Shown here: in pieces, positions 1 to 7,169 of the stretch
Numbering within the stretch: position 1 is the stretch's first letter
Layout: the number at the start of each line of letters is the position of its first letter
Virus record (IMG/VR): IMGVR_UViG_3300049638_000482
DNA from: a virus
Lineage: Duplodnaviria; Heunggongvirae; Uroviricota; Caudoviricetes
DNA length: 26,457 bases
Reading direction: 5' to 3' (one strand)
Program-made: the position numbers and the translations under genes
Notes under the pieces: model-generated
Database searches by the model: none
What the model was told of the DNA's origin: nothing
What the model saw: the letters and a program-made list of their open reading frames with translations, nothing else

Positions 1-170
1 TTCTTCCAGACGATGAGGACGAGGAAGGTTACAGCGTTCTGCCTGATGATGAGGACGAGGAAGAAGACTCCAGCGTTCTGCCTGATGATGAGGACGAGGA
101 AGAAGACTCCAGCGTTCTTCCAGACGATGAGGACGAGGAAGAAGACTCCAGCGTTCTCCCAGACGATGGG
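1..170 (+). repeat. 39-bp coding tandem repeat (VLPDDEDEEEDSS), at least 4 units
   Basis: Units start at 36, 75, 114 and 153 (partial), plus a partial unit at 1-35; differences are mostly synonymous. Confidence 0.95.
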
Positions 171-485
171 GATGGCGAAGAGGTAGAGGACGAGGCTTCC
201 TCAGCGGGTATTCCTGAGACGTGCCAAGAGAGAACCATTCATGATGTGGAGAAGCCCGTTTCGCTTCACCACAAGGTTCAGAAGTCTAAGAAGCCCGCAG
301 TTCACCACTCAGCACCTCGCCCCTCAGGGTATTTCGCACCGTCAGTGCCCTTGTATGATTTCATTCTTAACAACGGTGGCTCGATGCTTATCGAGGACGT
401 CAGGAAGTATTATCCTATTGACGAAGTTAAGAAAGCTTTGAGCTTGGGTAAAATTTATCGTTTCGGTAATCACGTAGGAGTTTGA
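3..485 (+). CDS. 5'-truncated protein with acidic tandem repeats and a small C-terminal globular domain
   Basis: Frame 3 is open from position 3 (LPDDEDEEGYSVLPDDEDEEEDSS...) and runs into track ORF 246..485; TGA at 483-485. Confidence 0.8.
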   Translation, partial: LPDDEDEEGYSVLPDDEDEEEDSSVLPDDEDEEEDSSVLPDDEDEEEDSSVLPDDGDGEEVEDEASSAGIPETCQERTIHDVEKPVSLHHKVQKSKKPAVHHSAPRPSGYFAPSVPLYDFILNNGGSMLIEDVRKYYPIDEVKKALSLGKIYRFGNHVGV

Positions 486-489
486 TTTC

Positions 490-2088
490 ATGGGTCGTCG
501 TAAGGTTGTAAGTGTTTATCGTGGTCGCTATAAGGGTGATTATCTTACCGAGGCTGATTGCGACAAGCTTGAGTCCATTCGTGAGGCATACGAGGACGGG
601 GTATTCTTCGGTGATTTGAAAGGCTACCTGTATGATATTCCCAAGAGCGATATTGAGAATATTAAGTATCTGGCTTCCTCTGATGACCTTAAAGAACGCC
701 CGAAGGGTGAGTTGACCGATTCGCAGACGGTTATGCTCGCTTTCGGTTTGGTCAGCAAGAAGTGGCTGTGTGGTGATAGCGTCGGTTTGGGTAAGACCGC
801 TTTGATGGCGGCAACCTATAACTACCTTAAGGCTCATCGTGGTGATAAGGCGCCCAGGATGCTGTTTTTGGTCGATGGCGAGGACGTCATGAACCAGAAC
901 TGCGACCAGCTCATTCGTTTCACAGCGGATTACTTCATGTCCGTAACTGGCAGAAAGCAATCAGCTCAAGACCTTGTGGATTTTTATCTGGAGCGCGGGT
1001 ATTTGCCAAATGTGGTGGGTACGCATAGCCTTCTGCGCCAGCCGGTATTCCAAGAGTTGGTGTCTAACTACATCCGCAGCACCGGTAAAGACCCCTTCGG
1101 CATCGTAGTAATTGATGAGTCCGCCGTGCTTGGTAATAGCAACACACAGGTGTACAAGCAGGCTCAAAGTCTGTTTTCCGAAGTCGAATATCGTATCTGC
1201 CTGAACGCCACCGAGTTCGATGTCAAGCTTGAGGAGTTCTATAATCAGCTGAACTGGGTGGACCCGACATTGCTTCCAACCCGCACTCAATTCAAGAAAG
1301 ACTACTACGTGATGGAATGGAGCCCGTGGGCAGGGTATTCCAAGCCTTCTGGCAAGTATAAGAACGCCGAAGACTTCCGTAATAAGGTCGGTTATCGGTA
1401 TCTGGCTCGCACTCGTAAGGACTTGGGAGCAACCATGAAGGATTGCTCCGCTGAAATTGTTGAGGTGCCTACTAACGATTATCAGAAGACATTGCTTAGG
1501 GAAACTTCCATGGCGGGCATGGCTTTGAACTGCCCTTGGGCAATCGACCGTAACGCCACTATGGACGAGGAGTTCTGCCCCAAGCTTAAGACCCTGTTGA
1601 ATATCCTCGATAATGACCTTGGTTACTCTGACAGCGTGGATATTCCGCAGGTGCTCATCTACGCTCATTACAAGGAGGCCCAGGCGGGTATTGTTGCACT
1701 GCTGGATGCTTGTAATATCTCCAATCGGGTATTGAATGGCGACACGCCCAGTGAGGAGCGTCACGAGATAGTCGAAGGGTTCAAGGATAATAAGTTTAGC
1801 GTGCTTATCACCAATGTGCAGCGCGGTTTGAATTTCGGAAACTGCAATTTCGTCATCTTCTACCAGTTCCCCAGTGTTGGTAGGGCTGTGCAGTTTGAGG
1901 GTCGTATTACCCGTCAGGAGAATATTGTTGGTAAGCATGTGTATGTGTTGTTGTCTGCGCCTAAGGAGTTGAAGCGGTTTAAGACGTTGTTGGCTGACCG
2001 TGCCAAGGCGTTGAATGCGTTTGCCAGCACGGATTACAGTATGCTTCTTGGCTTGCTCCTCAAGAATCAAGATAGCGTGGAAGACTAA
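490..2088 (+). CDS. SNF2-family (superfamily 2) helicase/ATPase
   Basis: GDSVGLGKT (motif I), VVIDES (II), ICLNAT (III), LITNVQRGLNF (V), QFEGRITR (VI); AGGAG upstream. Confidence 0.85.
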   Translation: MGRRKVVSVYRGRYKGDYLTEADCDKLESIREAYEDGVFFGDLKGYLYDIPKSDIENIKYLASSDDLKERPKGELTDSQTVMLAFGLVSKKWLCGDSVGLGKTALMAATYNYLKAHRGDKAPRMLFLVDGEDVMNQNCDQLIRFTADYFMSVTGRKQSAQDLVDFYLERGYLPNVVGTHSLLRQPVFQELVSNYIRSTGKDPFGIVVIDESAVLGNSNTQVYKQAQSLFSEVEYRICLNATEFDVKLEEFYNQLNWVDPTLLPTRTQFKKDYYVMEWSPWAGYSKPSGKYKNAEDFRNKVGYRYLARTRKDLGATMKDCSAEIVEVPTNDYQKTLLRETSMAGMALNCPWAIDRNATMDEEFCPKLKTLLNILDNDLGYSDSVDIPQVLIYAHYKEAQAGIVALLDACNISNRVLNGDTPSEERHEIVEGFKDNKFSVLITNVQRGLNFGNCNFVIFYQFPSVGRAVQFEGRITRQENIVGKHVYVLLSAPKELKRFKTLLADRAKALNAFASTDYSMLLGLLLKNQDSVED

Positions 2089-2142
2089 TCATCTGAGGGG
2101 CAGGCAAGGGGACTAGGGAAGGTGTGGAGGCGCATTGTAGCG

Positions 2143-2622
2143 ATGGAAAAGTTGCCGGATTCACGGGCCTTGCACTCCCGGACGGTCTCGTATGTGATGG
2201 GAGTTTTGGCACCTACCCTCGGACTCGATCCACATGAGGCAGCGTTGTGCGGATGGCTCCACGACTTTGCGTATTGTTTTTCAGACAACTCCCATCATGC
2301 GCATGATGGGGGAGAAATGCTGCGGGAACAAGGCTACAGCCATTGGAAAGAAATCTTCGACCACGGCACAGTGCAAGGGCTTTCCACGCCCTTGGGGGTG
2401 TTGCTCAACACGGCTGACATGGCGGTCGACTCCCACGGCAATATCGTCGGTTTCACAAAACGGCTCAGCGATGTCGCCGCACGATACGGCGTCGACTCTC
2501 CCCAATACAGGGGTTGTGCCCAGGAAATCGAGGCAATCAAGGCTTCGGAAGAATGGAAACTTCTCGCAAAGCCATTGGGGGGCTTTCTCTCGCAAGATCA
2601 GGATGTGGCTGGTTCCTCATAA
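2143..2622 (+). CDS. HD-superfamily metal-dependent phosphohydrolase
   Basis: ALHSRTV...GWLHDFAY...HHAHDG...DHG...NTAD pattern; GGAGG at 2126-2130 favours ATG 2143 (GTG 2122 possible). Confidence 0.75.
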   Translation: MEKLPDSRALHSRTVSYVMGVLAPTLGLDPHEAALCGWLHDFAYCFSDNSHHAHDGGEMLREQGYSHWKEIFDHGTVQGLSTPLGVLLNTADMAVDSHGNIVGFTKRLSDVAARYGVDSPQYRGCAQEIEAIKASEEWKLLAKPLGGFLSQDQDVAGSS

Positions 2623-2777
2623 ACCAAGCGCAGGCGGTTTGTAGCTTAATTTTTCCGACGTAATACCGCTTGAAGAGCGGGGTCTGGAACGAGACTCCCA
2701 CCCGGGTATTAGTAAGCGACTCTCGGGGTATTTCAATTTCTGCTAATATTGAATGAGCATAGTGTAGGAGGCTGTTA

Positions 2778-3863
2778 ATGCTTAGTGGTTGCCCATTTCA
2801 TTGCGATAAGAATTACAGGGTTTTCGACCCCACTCTTGGTAAGTTCGTTCCATGCCCATCATGTGTACCCAAGTTGAAGGAGCAGGCGAAGAAGCCCGGT
2901 TCGTCTAAAGAAGATGAAAACTTGAAGGCAGAGAAGGGTATTAGTTGCCTGTATTATGATTGGTCTTCTGTGGTGTCTAAGGTTACTCTGACTCGGCTAG
3001 AGAAGGAGTCTGTGTCTGATGTCAAGGCTACTATTGATATGCTTCTCAGCGTATTGTCTGACCCTACGGGAACGCTGGATAGGTCTTATTGCATTGGTGT
3101 GACTGAGAAAGGTCATCCCGATAAGGTATCTGGACCTCTGATTGCCGCCGCGCAAATTGGAGGTCATAACCCCAGCCGCTTGTACTTCGCTTCAGATTAC
3201 CAGATGCTGTTGTGCAATGATAGGTATGACGAAGTTACAGAGATTCAGGATACGCCCATTCTCATCATGCAGATTGAGATGGGTGTCCCTCGTAGCATCA
3301 TCACGTCTATTAAAGGCCTGTTGGACAAGCGAGCGCAGAAGGGTTTGTCCACCATCTTTGTTACAACCTGCATGGATACTGCCTTGTCCATGATTCTGAG
3401 TTGGAAAGGCGAAGTCAACAAGGACTCTTGTGAAGGCCACTTCCTTCGGTATGAGCAGGTGGAGAAGCTGCCTGTCTCATGGTATATGCAGGGTATTCGT
3501 GAGGGCAAGCTGCCCACGGTCGAAGAGGAAGCAAAAGAGCGGGCAGAATACATTCAGAGTGGGCGGAAGCCCAGGTATTCGTCCCCATCGTACAGGGGTG
3601 TGGTCGGCTACCACCCGGAGAGCCAAGAAGCGCCGTTCACAGCGGATTCAGCGGAAGGTTCGGAAGGCGAGTTGTTTGGTGATTCCTCAGAGGAAGAAGA
3701 ACTGTTCGGAGATGCCGGTCTGACAGCAGGCGGTGGAATCTATGGAGTTCAGTCCTCACTTGAAGCCGAACCCGGGTATTCTCAGCCCGAGCCTGATAGC
3801 GAAGAACGCTATTCAACAGACATCTATGGTATGCCTTACTCTGATGAAGACGATGAAATGTAA
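2778..3863 (+). CDS. DnaC/DnaI-like helicase-loader-type protein with N-terminal Zn site and acidic tail
   Basis: CPFHC...CPSC; LLDKRAQKGLSTIFVT resembles the DnaC/IstB sensor region; Walker A and B are degenerate; AGGAGG upstream. Confidence 0.5.
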   Translation: MLSGCPFHCDKNYRVFDPTLGKFVPCPSCVPKLKEQAKKPGSSKEDENLKAEKGISCLYYDWSSVVSKVTLTRLEKESVSDVKATIDMLLSVLSDPTGTLDRSYCIGVTEKGHPDKVSGPLIAAAQIGGHNPSRLYFASDYQMLLCNDRYDEVTEIQDTPILIMQIEMGVPRSIITSIKGLLDKRAQKGLSTIFVTTCMDTALSMILSWKGEVNKDSCEGHFLRYEQVEKLPVSWYMQGIREGKLPTVEEEAKERAEYIQSGRKPRYSSPSYRGVVGYHPESQEAPFTADSAEGSEGELFGDSSEEEELFGDAGLTAGGGIYGVQSSLEAEPGYSQPEPDSEERYSTDIYGMPYSDEDDEM

Positions 3864-3997
3864 TGCCCTCTCTGGGTATTCGATGATTTCTTGTTTTTAA
3901 TGAGTTTGTCAAGGTCTGCTGTTCGTTTCGGCGTTCGCTAACTTGCGATTTTTCTTGGTTTGCTTTAGTCATGTGTATGGCGGGCGTTTTGAAGCTG

Positions 3998-4006
3998 TGT
4001 TATACT
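3998..4006 (+). promoter_or_regulatory. Extended -10 promoter element (TGT-TATACT)
   Basis: TGn plus a TATAAT-like hexamer in the AT-rich gap 29 nt before the topoisomerase B start. Confidence 0.45.
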
Positions 4007-4034
4007 GGGCTTAGGTTCGTTAGAAAGGTTCTCC

Positions 4035-6182
4035 ATGTCTGAAATTGACTCTAATTATGGTAATGATTCCATTGAGTACAAGGGCGAGATTGATGGCGTT
4101 CGTACCCGCCCCGAATCGCTTCTCGGTTCCAAGGATCTGGATGGTGCTAAGCATACGGTCATCGAGATGATTGGCAATTCTCTCGATGAAAAGAACTCCG
4201 GTTATGGCGACAAGCTCGTCGTGACTTGGTTCGGAGATGGCAGGGTCGCCGTCCGTGACTATGGTAGGGGTATTCCTCTGGGTTATAATGAGTCTCAGGG
4301 TCGGTACAACTGGGAGCTCATTTACATGAAGCTCTATGCGGGCGGTAAGTATACCGATTTCTCCCCGCTCAAGAAGCTGACACCTGCGGACTGGGATGCT
4401 ATCAACTATAATAATTATGGGGAGTATCTCGCCAATCTGGGTATTAACTACCTGTTTTCGGTCGGTTTGAATGGTCTTGGTAGTGCGGCAACCAGCGCAA
4501 CCTCCCGTACTTTCTTGGTTAAGTCCTTCCGCGATGGAGAAGAAAGCTCCATGCTGTTCAAGGAGGGTCAGCCCGTTTACGATGAGCTTAAGGTCAAGCC
4601 CACTGATGAGCCTACAGGTACATATGTCGAATGGCAGCCTGACCCCTCGGTGTTTACGGATGCATTCATCCCCAAGAAGTGGCTGAAAGAGCTGTGCCGC
4701 AAATTCTCCTACTCTGCGGGTATTACAGTCGACTTCGTCGATGAGAAGGGCGAAGTCACCACTTACAAGGCTTCTAACGTCAATAACATGCTTGCCGAGC
4801 AGGTTGAAAATGGCTTTAGTGAGGACGGCTCCATCAACCCTCTCGCCGTGGAAATCGAGAAGGGTTTGTACCATGATGCCGAGGTGACGAAGCGCACTGC
4901 TGAGGGCAATGAGTATGAGATGGGCGTCATGGTCTATGACTTGGCTATCGGCGGCAATCCCAAGGGCAATATCAAGAGTCAGTTCTTCGTCAATAATGTT
5001 TCTGTCCGTGGCGGCACTCCAGAGGAGGGCTTCCGTGATGCGGTTAGTGGCTTCTTCAATGAGCAAGCCCGGGAGCGGGGTATTAAGCTTCGCCCGGTCG
5101 ATTTCGAGGGTCGCGTGGTCATCACGGCTAGTATCCTTGCTAATCTGACTAACTACCGTAATCAGACCAAGGATGAGGTCGGCAACCAGTACATCTATGA
5201 CGGTATCAATCAAGCGGTTATGAAGATGCTTCGCCATGCTTACATGGTGGATGCCCCGTGGTTGAAGGAAGCTCTCAAGGCTGCATTTGATAACTACGAG
5301 GCGCGTACACTTGCTGAGCAAATGCGCGTTCAGTCCCGTGAGGTTAAGAAGGCGGTCAGCCGTCAGGTCAGTTCCCGCAAGTTCCAGCCTTGCCGCACTT
5401 ATGGCAAGAAGGGCAAGGAGGCGGCAACTGAGCTGTGGATTGTCGAGGGCGATTCGGCAGGTGACCACCTTTTGAATAGCCGCGATTCCGATTATCAGGC
5501 TCTGTACTATCTGCGTGGCAAGGGTCGCAACCCGTTGAAGAGCAATGCCGCCGAGGTGCTGTCCTCCAATAGGGAAATCAGCGATATCCTCAGCATCATC
5601 GGTATGGGCAATAAGCTGACCGGTGATGAGGACGTGTCGAAGTCGAAGATTGGCAAAGTTATCATCGCCTCCGATGCTGACCGTGATGGCTACCATATTC
5701 GTATGCTGACATTCCTTATTATGTGGGTCTACGTGCCTGACCTCCTGTATAAGGGTATGGTTTATGTGGCTGAGCCTCCGCTGTGGCGTGTGGATCTTCA
5801 GAACGGTGAGAAGCGTTTCTACATCACCGACGAAGAGTACAACAAAGACCGCGACTACATCAACAGCGTGGGTATTAAAGGCAAGCCCCATCGTTACAAG
5901 GGTCTGGGTCAGATGGAGGAGGAGGACCTCTCGGAGGTTGTGATGAATCCTAAGAACCGCGTCCTCCATCAGGTCAAGATTGACCGTACCGATGACAGCA
6001 TTGATAAGTATCTTGCCATGCTGTTCGGTAGCTCCACCACCGACCGCCGTGAGGGTATTCTTAAGGGTGCCCTTGGCGAGGAGGGTCTTGCGGAGCGTTA
6101 TGATGAGATGCAGAAGCGTGCTGATGCTCTCCGTGGGTATCAGGTTGAGGATGATATTGATGAAGAGCTGATTGCCCTCTGA
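4035..6182 (+). CDS. gyrB: Type IIA DNA topoisomerase subunit B (GyrB/ParE family)
   Basis: GHKL motifs EMIGNSLDE, DYGRGIP, GLNGLG; TOPRIM motifs IVEGDSAG, LRGK, SDADRDGYHI; RYKGLGQM. Gyrase versus Topo IV not resolved. Confidence 0.95.
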   Translation: MSEIDSNYGNDSIEYKGEIDGVRTRPESLLGSKDLDGAKHTVIEMIGNSLDEKNSGYGDKLVVTWFGDGRVAVRDYGRGIPLGYNESQGRYNWELIYMKLYAGGKYTDFSPLKKLTPADWDAINYNNYGEYLANLGINYLFSVGLNGLGSAATSATSRTFLVKSFRDGEESSMLFKEGQPVYDELKVKPTDEPTGTYVEWQPDPSVFTDAFIPKKWLKELCRKFSYSAGITVDFVDEKGEVTTYKASNVNNMLAEQVENGFSEDGSINPLAVEIEKGLYHDAEVTKRTAEGNEYEMGVMVYDLAIGGNPKGNIKSQFFVNNVSVRGGTPEEGFRDAVSGFFNEQARERGIKLRPVDFEGRVVITASILANLTNYRNQTKDEVGNQYIYDGINQAVMKMLRHAYMVDAPWLKEALKAAFDNYEARTLAEQMRVQSREVKKAVSRQVSSRKFQPCRTYGKKGKEAATELWIVEGDSAGDHLLNSRDSDYQALYYLRGKGRNPLKSNAAEVLSSNREISDILSIIGMGNKLTGDEDVSKSKIGKVIIASDADRDGYHIRMLTFLIMWVYVPDLLYKGMVYVAEPPLWRVDLQNGEKRFYITDEEYNKDRDYINSVGIKGKPHRYKGLGQMEEEDLSEVVMNPKNRVLHQVKIDRTDDSIDKYLAMLFGSSTTDRREGILKGALGEEGLAERYDEMQKRADALRGYQVEDDIDEELIAL

Positions 6183-6189
6183 GTTAGGG

Positions 6190-6224
6190 AAGGGCGGGGA
6201 TTCCGTTATGGAATCCCCGCCCTT
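6190..6224 (+). terminator. Perfect 15-bp stem-loop after topoisomerase B
   Basis: AAGGGCGGGGATTCC-GTTAT-GGAATCCCCGCCCTT; weak U-tract, so terminator or RNA-stabilising hairpin. Confidence 0.65.
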
Positions 6225-6245
6225 ATCGTCGTTTTAAGGATTGTT

Positions 6246-7121
6246 ATGTCTGAAAAGAACAGCAAGACGCCTCAGAAGGCTACCCGAGAGGGTATTGAGA
6301 AGACTACCGGGAGGGGTGCCAAGAAGGGCACCCGAGGGGGTATTAAAGGGGCTTATAAGAAGACCGCTAAGAAGGAGGACTCCCAGTCCGTTGGGAAGAA
6401 GTCCTCCAAGAAGGTGGGTTCTCAGTCCTCCGAGAAGTATTCTAAGAACCCCAACTTTTTCTCTCGTCTGCATAATGCCATGCTCATGGGTTTTATCCGT
6501 CTGTCGAATCCTGTGGAAACGCCTACGGATAATGCTGTCATCGATGAGGCTAAGAAGAATAAGGGCCTCAGCCGGGTATTGAATACCCCACTCGTCGGCA
6601 GGGTTGTTATTTTGTTGGTAACGGTGCTTACTGTGCTTGCCATTCTTCAAGCCAGCCTGTTCTCCTCCGCCGCGCTTAAGAACCATAAGATTATGATTGA
6701 AGAGCGTGCTAAGAACGTGTATTCTTTGCAGTCTGTTCAGTCTATTCAGGATACCAATCAGTATGGTGAAATTGGTGATACTGTGACCACTTATCTTGGT
6801 GACAAGGGTAATATCGCTAATGTGTATCCAGGTGTTCGATCTGACCGAGGTAAGTACGGCCTCGGGTATTACTACTCTGCGGGTAGCGGTCTGCTCAGGC
6901 CGTCTTCTTTCAAGGAAGTTTGGAATGGATCAGGTCTGGGTGGCACGTTCGCTTCCATCCTGTGGGTGCTGATGCTAATCCTGTTGTTGGGTTCGAAGCG
7001 TTGGTTCAAGGGTTCTAAGTTCGATGTTAAGAGCCGTAGATGGCTTTGGCTTCTCCAGATAATCAATGGTGTGTTGATCGTAATATTTTGGGTGCAATTT
7101 ATTACACCGTTGGTTGCGTAG
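6246..7121 (+). CDS. Hypothetical membrane protein with Lys-rich N-terminus and about 3 TM segments
   Basis: K/G/T-rich first 70 aa; hydrophobic VVILLVTVLTVLAIL, FASILWVLMLILLL, WLWLLQIINGVLIVIFW; AAGGA upstream. Confidence 0.75.
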   Translation: MSEKNSKTPQKATREGIEKTTGRGAKKGTRGGIKGAYKKTAKKEDSQSVGKKSSKKVGSQSSEKYSKNPNFFSRLHNAMLMGFIRLSNPVETPTDNAVIDEAKKNKGLSRVLNTPLVGRVVILLVTVLTVLAILQASLFSSAALKNHKIMIEERAKNVYSLQSVQSIQDTNQYGEIGDTVTTYLGDKGNIANVYPGVRSDRGKYGLGYYYSAGSGLLRPSSFKEVWNGSGLGGTFASILWVLMLILLLGSKRWFKGSKFDVKSRRWLWLLQIINGVLIVIFWVQFITPLVA

Positions 7122-7131
7122 TCTAAAGATA

Positions 7132-7140
7132 TGCTAGAAT
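7132..7140 (+). promoter_or_regulatory. Extended -10 promoter element (TGC-TAGAAT)
   Basis: In the intergenic gap 30 nt before the topoisomerase A start. Confidence 0.45.
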
Positions 7141-7169
7141 AGATTTAAGTACTGAAAGGACAAATTGTT

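Noticed and set aside
1-170. 39-bp repeats as a possible CRISPR array
   Set aside because: Repeats are contiguous with no spacers, are a multiple of 3, vary synonymously and lie in an open frame; no cas genes present.
4020-5969. Long minus-strand ORFs (649 aa here; also 961..2070, 23987..25033, 25133..26347 and others)
   Set aside because: Antisense shadows of strongly codon-biased + strand genes; no motifs or RBS, and they overlap confidently identified proteins.
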